Part shown: piece after piece, positions 27,850 through 37,407 of the stretch
Layout: every line of letters begins with the position of its first letter
How positions within the stretch are numbered: position 1 is the first letter of the stretch
Source of the DNA: Candidatus Marinacidobacterales bacterium
GTDB taxonomy: Bacteria; Acidobacteriota; Vicinamibacteria; Marinacidobacterales; DATDRI01
Assembly (NCBI GenBank): GCA_965219415.1
Contig: CBDCNP010000002.1
Location: forward strand, 416,001-480,000
Direction: 5' to 3'
Length of the DNA stretch: 64,000 bases
The notes under the pieces: model-generated
What the model was told of the DNA's origin: nothing
Databases searched by the model: none
The model's input: only the letters and a program-made list of their open reading frames with translations
Translations under genes and position numbers: made by a program

Positions 27850-29213
27850 GATTCGATGAGTATCGACCGGGCGCGTGCGAGCTCGTCCAGCGCGTCTCGG
27901 GTCGAAGTTGCTCTCGAGAAAGCCGACTCTCCAGCCTCACGGATGAAACGTTCGGCCCTTCGCAATCGCCCCACGGCGATGGGATGAAGGTGCACCCCGT
28001 CCAGAACGATGATGGCGTCCTCCGTCTCGTACCCTGCCCGTCGGATCAGCTCTCGTGCTCGCTCGTTCTCGAAGAGACCCTTTTCCAAGCTGGTCTCCAG
28101 AAGCTGGGTGGTTTCTCGAATGTTTTCGAGTGCGTTGATGACCCTAAGGAACCCACCGATCGCCAGTACCTCGCTCGCCGACAAGTTCGTATCGGTGCCG
28201 AACCGCGTGCTCAATGCGATTCCCACCGGGGCATTCTTGAAGGTATCGAGGTTATAGACGTCCACCGCCTCCTCGACCGATTTGACGAAGCCGCTGTGAA
28301 ACAGGGGGCCCGCGTCCGCCGCTTCGACGACGGGAGGCACATTGAATTGGTGGGTGTCGCCGAAACCATTGTCCAGGGGAATGAGCTCGGTCGGTTTGCC
28401 AGGGGCGAACTCCTCCCCAGTGGCATGGACGATGCTACCCAGGTTCTCGGTGCGTCCGTCCGAGATGGCCACCGCGCTGAGCGATGACGCCCCCCCGTGG
28501 AAGTGACAGACATTGCAGCGGCCGTTTTGCTGGTCCTTGTCGATGAAGAGCTCCTGACCGCGGAGGGCAAGCTCACCCTTCAACGGCAGGGGAAGCTTTA
28601 GTTCTTCCTGGCGTCCTAGAGTCAGCATGAACGCTTCGAGCGCGTCTAATTCCTCTTCGGTGGGACGTCTAAAATCCACAGCAGGTTCGCGATTCAGTGT
28701 CTTGGGCATATGCTGCATGATCGCGCCAATAGCGAAAGACCGGAGGCTCCCGTCGCCGGGGGCACCGTCACCGGCCCATCCGGTGAGTGGCCCCATGAAG
28801 TCGAGTCGGTTCTCGGCGCCTTCAAACTCCATGCCCTGAATCGAGGTACGGACCGAGCGCAGTGATTGAACAGTGTGCATCACGAAGTCGTTCTCCAGAT
28901 CACCAAAGCCATTCGGGTTCCCCAGAACCAAACCGTACTCTCGCAAAAGTTCTGATTTTTCGAAGTTCTCCTTCAATGCGGGAACGAACTCATGGACGAA
29001 GAGCGGATCGTCATCCGGCAACGTGGCAATGAAGGCCGGCGTGATCCGCCAGTTGTCTTCGGGGCGATGGCACGTCGCGCACGTTCTACCGTTGCCATCG
29101 AAGGTCTCGTTGAAGAAGATCTCCTCCCCCTTGGCAGCCAGATCGACTTTAGGAGTCGAAAAGATGGAAACGGCAAATACAAGTAGAACACCACTCGCCA
29201 AAACTATCTTCAT
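27846..29213 (-). CDS. Exported diheme c-type cytochrome (cytochrome c peroxidase/MauG-like layout)
   Basis: Start MKIVLASG (ATGA overlap); two CxxCH motifs (GNGRTCATCH, GRCNVCH); FNVPP..ADAGPLFHSG. Confidence 0.8.
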   Translation of the reverse strand: MKIVLASGVLLVFAVSIFSTPKVDLAAKGEEIFFNETFDGNGRTCATCHRPEDNWRITPAFIATLPDDDPLFVHEFVPALKENFEKSELLREYGLVLGNPNGFGDLENDFVMHTVQSLRSVRTSIQGMEFEGAENRLDFMGPLTGWAGDGAPGDGSLRSFAIGAIMQHMPKTLNREPAVDFRRPTEEELDALEAFMLTLGRQEELKLPLPLKGELALRGQELFIDKDQQNGRCNVCHFHGGASSLSAVAISDGRTENLGSIVHATGEEFAPGKPTELIPLDNGFGDTHQFNVPPVVEAADAGPLFHSGFVKSVEEAVDVYNLDTFKNAPVGIALSTRFGTDTNLSASEVLAIGGFLRVINALENIRETTQLLETSLEKGLFENERARELIRRAGYETEDAIIVLDGVHLHPIAVGRLRRAERFIREAGESAFSRATSTRDALDELARARSILIES

Positions 29214-30202
29214 GATTCCTCTCCCTGTGGAAGAAGCAAGAGCTTTCCCACGGTCTCTCGACTCTCCATGAGCCGATGGGCTTCGGGTGCGCGGTCGAGA
29301 GGTAGTCGTTGCGTAATCATCGATCGTATCTTTCCTGCTTCGTAAAGCCCCAGCAGCTCGTTCCATGAGGGGTCGATGAGCTCGTGGCGCTCGGCAAAGA
29401 AGACACTCAGGTTGAGCGCCGCGAATGTCGAGCTCGTACGCAGCAGATCGTAGGGGTGCACCGCTAGGCCTTCGCCGCTCGCTATCCCGAAGAGAACGAG
29501 ACGTCCGAGAGGGGCGAGACACGTGGCGGCCTCTTTGAAAACGCCTCCGCCGACCGACTCGAGAACGAGATCCGCACCCCGGCCTTCGGTGCAGTCTCGC
29601 ACGTATGCTGCGAGGCTCTGCGATCGATAGTCGACCGAGTACTCGACGCCGAGCCCTTTCAAAACCTTGAGCTTGCCTTCGGAGCCCACGCCCCCGATGA
29701 CGCGAAGCTTCTGGGCCAAGGCCAATTGAACCAACGCCGTCCCTACTCCTCCCGCGGCTGCCGTGATCACCACCCACTCGCCCGCTTGCGCTCCGCCGAG
29801 CGTGTTCAGCGCGTGGTAGGCGGTGAGAAAGACGTGAGTGAAGGCAGCGCCGTGTCCGAAACTCATCGAGGGAGCGAGTGGGAGCGCGTAGTTTTCCGGG
29901 ACCGCCACCCACTCTGCGTAAGTCCCACCGCGAGGGGAATAAACGCCGACCCGATCTCCCACCCGGAACCGTGTGGTTTCCTTTCCGACTTCCTCCACCA
30001 CCCCACTACCTTCGCAGCCGGGAATAAGAGGCGGCGGCGTCATCCCTGGATGGCTCGCGGTCCGACACAAGATGTCGGCGAAGTTGACGCCACTCGCTTG
30101 AACATTCACCAGCACTTCGCCACGCGCGGGTTTGGGCTTCGGCGCATCGACAAACATCAGCGCCTCGGGTCCACCGGCCTCCTCAACGCGAATCGCCTTC
30201 AT
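29210..30202 (-). CDS. NADPH:quinone oxidoreductase (Zn-independent MDR, zeta-crystallin-like)
   Basis: GGPEAL, GVNFAD, PGCEGSG, AAAGGVG, GRGAD, GKLLL. Confidence 0.9.
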   Translation of the reverse strand: MKAIRVEEAGGPEALMFVDAPKPKPARGEVLVNVQASGVNFADILCRTASHPGMTPPPLIPGCEGSGVVEEVGKETTRFRVGDRVGVYSPRGGTYAEWVAVPENYALPLAPSMSFGHGAAFTHVFLTAYHALNTLGGAQAGEWVVITAAAGGVGTALVQLALAQKLRVIGGVGSEGKLKVLKGLGVEYSVDYRSQSLAAYVRDCTEGRGADLVLESVGGGVFKEAATCLAPLGRLVLFGIASGEGLAVHPYDLLRTSSTFAALNLSVFFAERHELIDPSWNELLGLYEAGKIRSMITQRLPLDRAPEAHRLMESRETVGKLLLLPQGEES

Positions 30203-31926
30203 GCGTCAATCCCGGGTTGATTCCGTAGACGGTTGGTTGCCTGATTGTCTACGTTGTCGTCCACGAGTGCGACCTTATAGGTTTCACGAGCCGCGTCGCG
30301 GGTGACGTAACCGTCGAGAACATCCTCGAGAACGCTCGATGGCTCCCGTTCTGTCGGATCGCCATATCCCCCTCCACCCGAGGTGAGGTTCCGACAGCAG
30401 TCTCCGGCTTCGACGCGGACGCGCCGCGTCCCCACGCGTTTCTCGCGCTCCGTCTCGGGGAAGAGAATCATTCCGTTCGACGACGGTTCCGAGCCTCCCG
30501 CCAGCGCCCAGGGCAACGTCTTGGTTTTCTTCCTGACGGAAAGAAACTCGCCCGGAGAGATGAAACGGATGTCCCTCCTGAGGCCAAGCCCCCCGCGCGA
30601 CCGACCGGCGCCACCGGAGTCGGTGCGCAACTCCAACCTCTCGAGAAACATTCCGGTCTTCAGCTCCAATACCTCGATCGGTGTGTTGCGAACCATGCCC
30701 TGGTTGGGATGGTTCATCGCGTTGCCGCCGTCGTGGGTCGTCGTCGCGCCCCATCCCACCGGATCGTTATTGCTGACCGCGAAGAAGCGGCGCGTGTCTG
30801 GGTGTGTTCCAACCATCATGAAGCCGGGCACATCACCGCCGGAGGATGCCTGAAGCCGTTCGGGCATGCCTTGGGTCAACGCCTTGAAGATGAGCTCGAG
30901 CTGCGCGTTAGACGTCCACAGGGTGAACGTCGCGGACGGATACGTTGCGTGGAAGAGCGTTCCTGGTGGGGCAACGACCTCTAGAGGGCGGAAGTTGCCG
31001 GCGTTGGTCGGCGAACCGGGGGTGGTGAGGGCCTTGAAAACGACGCGGGTCGTACCCAAGGTGCGACCGTACGGCAAATTGACCGGCCCCGGTACCGCCG
31101 GAGACGAGCCAGTGAAATCGACGAGAAAACGATCGTCGTCGATGGTGACGGTCACCTTCATCGGGATCGTATCGTCGGAGACGCCGTCGTCGTCCAGCAA
31201 ATCCTCGGCGGTCCAGGTGCCATTGGGAAGAGATCGCAGAGCTTTACGCGCAAGCTGCTCCCCGTGTTCCAAGAGCCGGACGACCGCCGCATCATAGCCT
31301 TCGGGCCCGAACTTGCGCCGTATATCGACCAGCCTTTTCTCTCCAGTACGAGTAGCCGCGACTTGAGCGTTCAGATCTCCGAGCACCGAATCCGGCATGC
31401 GCGAGTTGAAACGGATGATGTCGATGATCTCCGGATCCGGTTTTCCCCTCTTGTAAACCTTGGTACCGGGAAAAATCAGCCCTTCCTGGTGCATGTCGGT
31501 GGAGTCGAGAACGTAGCCGGCATCCTTGGCGCCGAGATCCATCCAGTGCGCCCTGATGCACGTGTAGGCGAAGGGCCGATCCTCACCCGGGGCAAAGGCC
31601 GGTGCGAAAAGCGTGACATCGAGCGTATGGGCCGAGCTCCAGTACGGATAGTTGAGTAACACGATGTCGCCGGGCTCGAGATTCCCCTCGCCGACGTAGT
31701 CGACGCCTTTGCGGATGGCGTAGTCGTTCGAGCCAAGGAACGACAAAAGGCCCGGCGCCTCCGTCACCAGCTCGAGCTCACGACTGTAGATCGAGATGCC
31801 GAAGTCCAAGATTTCGTAGACGACCGGATTGAAGGCGGTGCGGATCAGCGTACGCCGCATCTCCCCGGCGGCAGAGAATAGGTAGCTCCGGATGACCTCT
31901 ACCGTCGCTCCGTCCAACTGTTTCAT
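30199..31926 (-). CDS. hyuB: Hydantoinase B/oxoprolinase beta subunit (copy 3)
   Basis: EMRRTLIRTAFNP..LDF, PGDIVLLN, HTLD, RAHW.DLG, QEG, NTPIEVLE, DSGGAG..RGG, GGGGYGDP. Confidence 0.9.
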   Translation of the reverse strand: MKQLDGATVEVIRSYLFSAAGEMRRTLIRTAFNPVVYEILDFGISIYSRELELVTEAPGLLSFLGSNDYAIRKGVDYVGEGNLEPGDIVLLNYPYWSSAHTLDVTLFAPAFAPGEDRPFAYTCIRAHWMDLGAKDAGYVLDSTDMHQEGLIFPGTKVYKRGKPDPEIIDIIRFNSRMPDSVLGDLNAQVAATRTGEKRLVDIRRKFGPEGYDAAVVRLLEHGEQLARKALRSLPNGTWTAEDLLDDDGVSDDTIPMKVTVTIDDDRFLVDFTGSSPAVPGPVNLPYGRTLGTTRVVFKALTTPGSPTNAGNFRPLEVVAPPGTLFHATYPSATFTLWTSNAQLELIFKALTQGMPERLQASSGGDVPGFMMVGTHPDTRRFFAVSNNDPVGWGATTTHDGGNAMNHPNQGMVRNTPIEVLELKTGMFLERLELRTDSGGAGRSRGGLGLRRDIRFISPGEFLSVRKKTKTLPWALAGGSEPSSNGMILFPETEREKRVGTRRVRVEAGDCCRNLTSGGGGYGDPTEREPSSVLEDVLDGYVTRDAARETYKVALVDDNVDNQATNRLRNQPGIDA

Positions 31927-33647
31927 GAACTCCTGAGCGACCTCGTTTTTTCCTCGTCGACTCCGTTTCCCGCAAGCACGACCTTATATGTTTCTCTAGC
32001 AGCTTCCTTCGATATGTAGCCGTCTAGGACATCCTCCCGCACTAGGGCCGGATCTCGCCGCGCTGGGTCGCCGTACCCTCCCCCGCCGGCGGTCAGGTTT
32101 CGAACCCTGTCTCCCACAGCGACCGCCGCCCGAAGGGTGCCACCCGCCTTTTCTCGGTCGGTGCCCGGGAATAGAACAAAGCCGTTTCGCTTCGGCTCTC
32201 CTCCTCCCGCAAGCGGCCAAGGGCTCGTTTTCGTCTTTTTCGTGACCGAGAGGATCTCTCCGTCAGAGATGAATCGTATGTCGCGCTGGATTCCCAATCC
32301 TCCCCGGTACTCTCCAGCGCCGCCGCTATCGATTCTGATCTCCGAACGCTCGAAGAACATACCGGTTTTCACTTCCAAGACCTCTGTCGGTGTGCTGCGC
32401 ATGATGCTACCGGAAAAATGGTGTGTGGCGTTCGCCCCGTCGTGAATCGGCGTCGCCCCCCAGCCGATTGGACCACCGTCACTCACCGCGAAGAAACGTT
32501 CGGTGTCTGGGTGAAGACCGACCATCATGAACCCCGGCAGATCGCTCCCGGAAGACGCGGCCATGAGCTCCGGCATGCCCTCCGCCAAGGCCTTATTGAT
32601 GAGCTCCAATGCGACGATGGCCGTCCAAAGTGTGAATGTGGCAGCAGGATAAACGGCGTGAAAGAGCGTCCCCGGCGGGGCGATGACCGTGAGCGGGCGG
32701 AAGTTTCCGGCGTTGGTCGGGGAATGAGGAGTGGTCAACGACTTGAAAACGATCTTGGCCATCGTCTCCGACAAGCCCAACGGCACGTTCACCGGTCCCG
32801 GTACTGCCGGTGACGAGCCGGTGTAGTCGACCAAAAACTGATCTTCGTCGATGGTCACCGTGACCCTCATGGGGATCGTATCGTCCGAGACACCGTCATC
32901 GTCCAGCAAGTCTTCCGCCATCCAGGACCCTTTTGGAAGCATTCGCAGAGCCTTTCGGGCCAACTGCTCCCCGTGCTCCATGATCCGCGTCACCGCAGCG
33001 TCAAAACTCTCTCGACCAAATTTGTCAAGTATCTCCACCAATCTCTTCTGACCGGTGCGCGTTGCCGCCACTTGCGCATCCAGATCGCCGAACACCGATT
33101 CGGGCATCCGTGAGTTGAAACGGATGAGCTCCATGATTTCCCGATCCGGCCGGCCTCTCTTGTAGACCTTGGTTCCAGGAAATATGAGCCCTTCCTGATG
33201 CATGTCGGTAGAATCGAGTACGTAGCCTGCATCCTTTGCGCCGAGATCCACCCAATGGGCCCGGATGCACGTGTAGGCAAAGGGACGATCTTCATGGGGC
33301 GCAAATGTAGGGGCGAATAGAGTGACGTCGAGAGTATGGGCGGCACTCCAGTAGGGGTAGTTGAGAAGCACTATGTCGCCGGGCTCCAGATTCTCTTCGC
33401 CCACGTGCTTCACCCCCTTGCGTATCGCATGGTCGTTGGCACCCACGAAGAAGGTCAGGCTGGGCGCCTCGGCGACAAGCTCGAGCTCGCGACTGTAGAT
33501 GGAGATACCGAAATCCAGAGCTTCGTAAATGACGGGGTTGAAAGCGGTACGAATGAGAGTACGTTTCATCTCGCTGGCCGCGGAGAAGAGGTAACTCCGA
33601 ACGACTTCGACCGTAGCCCCATCCAAAGTCATCGCAGTGCCTGTCAA
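31923..33647 (-). CDS. hyuB: Hydantoinase B/oxoprolinase beta subunit (copy 2)
   Basis: Same motifs as copy 3; TTG start overlaps the stop of copy 1, with an alternative ATG at 33632. Confidence 0.9.
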   Translation of the reverse strand: MTGTAMTLDGATVEVVRSYLFSAASEMKRTLIRTAFNPVIYEALDFGISIYSRELELVAEAPSLTFFVGANDHAIRKGVKHVGEENLEPGDIVLLNYPYWSAAHTLDVTLFAPTFAPHEDRPFAYTCIRAHWVDLGAKDAGYVLDSTDMHQEGLIFPGTKVYKRGRPDREIMELIRFNSRMPESVFGDLDAQVAATRTGQKRLVEILDKFGRESFDAAVTRIMEHGEQLARKALRMLPKGSWMAEDLLDDDGVSDDTIPMRVTVTIDEDQFLVDYTGSSPAVPGPVNVPLGLSETMAKIVFKSLTTPHSPTNAGNFRPLTVIAPPGTLFHAVYPAATFTLWTAIVALELINKALAEGMPELMAASSGSDLPGFMMVGLHPDTERFFAVSDGGPIGWGATPIHDGANATHHFSGSIMRSTPTEVLEVKTGMFFERSEIRIDSGGAGEYRGGLGIQRDIRFISDGEILSVTKKTKTSPWPLAGGGEPKRNGFVLFPGTDREKAGGTLRAAVAVGDRVRNLTAGGGGYGDPARRDPALVREDVLDGYISKEAARETYKVVLAGNGVDEEKTRSLRSS

Positions 33648-35368
33648 CCGGTCCGCAGTTTGCGGGTCGCTTCTTCATCCAACGCACCGTCGGCGACGAC
33701 GACCTTGTACACTTCTCGGGCTGCATCGCGAGACACGTACCCGTCGAGGACATCCTCGAGAACCCGAGCCGGCACCCGGTCAGCCGGATTCCCGTATCCG
33801 CCTCCGCCGGCGGTGAGATTCCGACACTTGTCTCCCGCCGCCACCGCCACTCGGTAGGTCCCCACCTTCTTCTCCCGCTCTGTCTCCGGATAGAGAACAA
33901 AACCGTTCCGCATCGGTTCCTTGCCGCCGGCGAGGGGCCAAGCGCTGGTCTTCGTCTTCTTCATCACCGAAAGCATCTCGCCATCGGAGATGAACCGGAT
34001 GTCGCGCCTTATGCCCAACCCGCCCCTGAATTGTCCCGGGCCACCGCTATCGGTGCGGAGCTCCAGGCGCTCGATGAACATCCCGGTCTTGACCTCCAAG
34101 ACTTCCATCGGTGTATTGCGGACTAGACTCTCCGACAAATGGCTGTTGGCATTGGCGCCATCATGGTCGGGCGTCCCACCCCAGCCTACCGGATCGTTAT
34201 TGCTCACCGCGAAGAAACGTTTCGTGTCCGGGTGAATACCGATCATCATGAACCCGGGCACGTCGCTTCCCGAGGAAGCCGCCATGCGTTCGGGCATGCC
34301 CTTGGCGAGGGCCTTATAGATGAGCTCCAGCCCAACGATACCCGTCCACAGCGTGAAGGTCGCGGCCGGGTACACGGCGTGAAAGAGGGATCCGGGTGGC
34401 GCGATGACCTCCAAGGGCCGGAAGTTGCCGGCATTGGTCGGGGAATAGGGTGTGGTCAGCGACTTGAGCACGACCTTGGCCATGGTCTCCGTTAAACCGA
34501 ACGGAACGTTGACCGGTCCCGGAACCCCCGGCGAAGAACCGGTGAAATCGACTACCAGCCTATCGTCGTCGATGGTCACCGTGACTTTCATGGGGATCAT
34601 GTCGTCGGAGACGCCGTCATCATCCAGTAGGTCTTCCGCGGTCCAGGAACCGTTGGGAAGCTCCTGAAGCCCTCTCAGTGCCAGTTGTTCACCGTGCTCG
34701 AGAATACGTTTCACGGCCGCATCGAGGGTCTCCCGACCAAATTTCTGGAGAATCTCTACCAATCTCTTGTGCCCGGTCCGAGTCGCAGCAACCTGGGCTT
34801 CGAGATCGCCGAATACCGACTCTGGCATGCGCGAGTTGAACCGGATGATCTCCATGATCTCTTTGTCCGGTTTGCCTTTCTTGTAGACCTTCGTACCAGG
34901 AAAAATCAGCCCTTCCTGGTGCATGTCGGTAGAGTCGAGCACGTAGCCCGGATCCTTGGCTCCGAGATCCATCCAATGGGCGCGGATGCACGTGTAGGCG
35001 AACGGCTTGTCCTCGTTCGGCGCAAAGACCGGAGAGAAGAGCGTGACGTCCAGAGTGTGTGCGGCGCTCCAGTAGGGATAATTGAGAAGAACAATGTCTC
35101 CGGGCTCAAGGTTTTCTTCGCCGACATGCTTCACCCCCTTGCGTATCGCATGGTCGTTGGCACCCAGAAAGAAGGTCAGGCTGGGAGCCTCGGCAACCAA
35201 CTCGAGGTCCCGACTGTAAATCGAGATACCAAAGTCGAGAACCTCGTAGATGACCGGGTTGAATGCCGTGCGGATGAGGGTTCTCCTCATCTCCCCGGCA
35301 GCCGAGAACAGATAGCTCCGAACGACTTCGACGGTGGCCCCGTCCAATTCCTTCGTCTGTTCCTTCAT
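33644..35368 (-). CDS. hyuB: Hydantoinase B/oxoprolinase beta subunit (copy 1)
   Basis: Same motifs; ATGA-coupled to hyuA. Confidence 0.9.
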   Translation of the reverse strand: MKEQTKELDGATVEVVRSYLFSAAGEMRRTLIRTAFNPVIYEVLDFGISIYSRDLELVAEAPSLTFFLGANDHAIRKGVKHVGEENLEPGDIVLLNYPYWSAAHTLDVTLFSPVFAPNEDKPFAYTCIRAHWMDLGAKDPGYVLDSTDMHQEGLIFPGTKVYKKGKPDKEIMEIIRFNSRMPESVFGDLEAQVAATRTGHKRLVEILQKFGRETLDAAVKRILEHGEQLALRGLQELPNGSWTAEDLLDDDGVSDDMIPMKVTVTIDDDRLVVDFTGSSPGVPGPVNVPFGLTETMAKVVLKSLTTPYSPTNAGNFRPLEVIAPPGSLFHAVYPAATFTLWTGIVGLELIYKALAKGMPERMAASSGSDVPGFMMIGIHPDTKRFFAVSNNDPVGWGGTPDHDGANANSHLSESLVRNTPMEVLEVKTGMFIERLELRTDSGGPGQFRGGLGIRRDIRFISDGEMLSVMKKTKTSAWPLAGGKEPMRNGFVLYPETEREKKVGTYRVAVAAGDKCRNLTAGGGGYGNPADRVPARVLEDVLDGYVSRDAAREVYKVVVADGALDEEATRKLRTG

Positions 35369-37407
35369 TTGGCCTCCGTCTGGATCACGAGTTGTCCGTA
35401 GGGATCCACGCGCACCGATTGTTTCGAGTGAATGACGGTAGTCGAAGTTCCCTCATCGACGATGGCCGGGCCCTTGAACTCGTCACCAGGCTGCAATGAT
35501 TTCCGGCGATACACTTCGAAGGGGACGACCTTGCAAAGATCGAAGCAGTAAGCGTCTCTCGCCCCGAGAATGGCTCCGCCGAACGTGACTTCTTCTTTCG
35601 GAAGCTCGGTCATCTCGGGCTTGTCCATTAGGCCGCGGCCGCGGACTCGCAAGTTGACGGTTTGCATCAAATCCGAAGTCGTATGTCCGTAGCGTGTTTT
35701 GTGTAAGGCTTCGAAACGCTTGCGGAGCTCCTCGAACGGTAGCCCTGGGTCGACCGAGACGTCCAAAGCGTGCTCCTGTCCCAGGTATCGGAGCTCCAGC
35801 ACCCGATCGATCTCGATCTCCTTGTCGGACATACCTTGTTTCCGAAGCGCGTCGATCGCTTGTTTCTCGAGCTCCCGAAACCCATTCTCCAACTTCTCGG
35901 GATCGTAATCTTCTAAGACCTGCACATCGGTGCGCGAAAAATCGGCCGCGAGATCCGACATCAACATTCCCCAAGCCGAGAAGGCGGCGGGAGCAAGAGG
36001 AACAATAGTCTGAGGTATGGCCATTTCCCGCGCCAGGAGAGGCGCGAACATCGGACCGGCACCGCCGAAGGCCAGCAGCGTAAACTCCGTCGGATCGTAA
36101 CCACGTTCGACGGAGATCTCGCGGATGGCACCGACGGTGTTCGCCATCACGACGTCAAACATCCCGGCCGCCGCTTCGAGCACGTCGATCCCGAGAGGCT
36201 TGGCGATGACCCGATCGATGCCCTGCCGACTAGCTTCCGCGTCGAGCTCCATGCGCCCCTTTAGAAACTTGTTCGGGTCGATGTATCCGAGAGCCAGCGC
36301 CGCGTCGGTCGTCGTCGGCTCGGTGCCTCCTTTTCCGTACGCAATCGGTCCCGGCGCCGCTCCCGCACTTTGGGGCCCCACTTTGAGTAGCCCTTCTTCT
36401 AGCCAAGCGATGGAGCCGCCGCCCGCCCCAATGCTGCGGATGTCGTAGATCGGAATGAGGGCGGGGAGATGCTCGAGGTCGGCCTCGTGCATGAGGACCG
36501 GCTTCCCGTCCTCGATGAGGCAAGAGTCCAAACTGGTCCCCCCGAAGTCGACAGAGATGAGACGGTTGTTGCCGATCGTCCGTGCGATATGGGCCGCCCC
36601 CACAATGCCACCCGCCGGCCCGGACATGACGGTGAAGATCGGGCTCCGCCGCGCCACTTCCGCGGTCATGGCTCCGCCGCTCGAGCGGGTGATGAGAAAC
36701 CTGCCGTCGAAGCCTCTCGACCCCAACTCTTCCTTCAACCGGTCTACGTACTCCTCATAGATGGGGCGAATGTAAGCGTCGAGGACCGTCGTGCTCGTGC
36801 GCTCGTACTCACGATACTCGCGCGTGATATCTGTGGAGATCGAAACCGCAACCTCCGGGAAGTTTTCCTTCAACAGACGCGCCGCGCGCTGCTCATGCTC
36901 CGGGTTCTTGTAAGAGTGCAAGAAAACGACCGCTAGCGAGCGGAGCTCGTGATCTTCGATCAGGGTTCGCGCCGCTTCCAGCAGTGCCTTTTCGTCGAGC
37001 TCTTCGACGACCTCACCCTTGACATTGATGCGCCCGGGGACTCCCGCGGTGTGCCGGCGTCTCACCAAGGGTACCGGTTTTTCGTACCGGAAGTTGTACA
37101 TGTGCTCCGCCGGGACATTGGCGCGGCCGATTTCGAAGATGTCGCGAAAGCCTTCATTAGTAATGATGCCGGTCAGCGCGCCCTTCCTTTGAAGAATGGC
37201 ATTGAGACCGAGCGTGGTGCCGTGAATGAAAAGGCTCGCTTGTTTGAGATCGGTGCCGAGCTTCTCGAGGGCTTCGAGCACTCCCTTCCAGGGCTCTTGC
37301 GGGGTGGCGGGAGATTTTTCGAGCCGGACGGACTGGTTCGAGACGTCGAACTCGATGGCGTCGACGAACGTGCCACCGATGTCGACCGCGAGTCGATATG
37401 GCTTCAT
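35365..37407 (-). CDS. hyuA: Hydantoinase A/oxoprolinase ATP-binding subunit
   Basis: VDIGGTFVD, HGTT, EYERTSTT, SGPAGG, DFGGTS, SIGAGGGS, GPQSAGA.PGP, AFGGAGP; start MKPYRL. Confidence 0.93.
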   Translation of the reverse strand: MKPYRLAVDIGGTFVDAIEFDVSNQSVRLEKSPATPQEPWKGVLEALEKLGTDLKQASLFIHGTTLGLNAILQRKGALTGIITNEGFRDIFEIGRANVPAEHMYNFRYEKPVPLVRRRHTAGVPGRINVKGEVVEELDEKALLEAARTLIEDHELRSLAVVFLHSYKNPEHEQRAARLLKENFPEVAVSISTDITREYREYERTSTTVLDAYIRPIYEEYVDRLKEELGSRGFDGRFLITRSSGGAMTAEVARRSPIFTVMSGPAGGIVGAAHIARTIGNNRLISVDFGGTSLDSCLIEDGKPVLMHEADLEHLPALIPIYDIRSIGAGGGSIAWLEEGLLKVGPQSAGAAPGPIAYGKGGTEPTTTDAALALGYIDPNKFLKGRMELDAEASRQGIDRVIAKPLGIDVLEAAAGMFDVVMANTVGAIREISVERGYDPTEFTLLAFGGAGPMFAPLLAREMAIPQTIVPLAPAAFSAWGMLMSDLAADFSRTDVQVLEDYDPEKLENGFRELEKQAIDALRKQGMSDKEIEIDRVLELRYLGQEHALDVSVDPGLPFEELRKRFEALHKTRYGHTTSDLMQTVNLRVRGRGLMDKPEMTELPKEEVTFGGAILGARDAYCFDLCKVVPFEVYRRKSLQPGDEFKGPAIVDEGTSTTVIHSKQSVRVDPYGQLVIQTEAK

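Noticed and set aside
29214-29912. N-terminal extension of the 688-aa ORF in the track
   Set aside because: It is an Arg-rich off-frame overlap of the quinone oxidoreductase; the real start is ATG 29213 with a signal peptide
30199-35368. Assembly artefact as the cause of the three hyuB copies
   Set aside because: The copies differ at many synonymous and non-synonymous sites, and each has its own coupled start/stop junction
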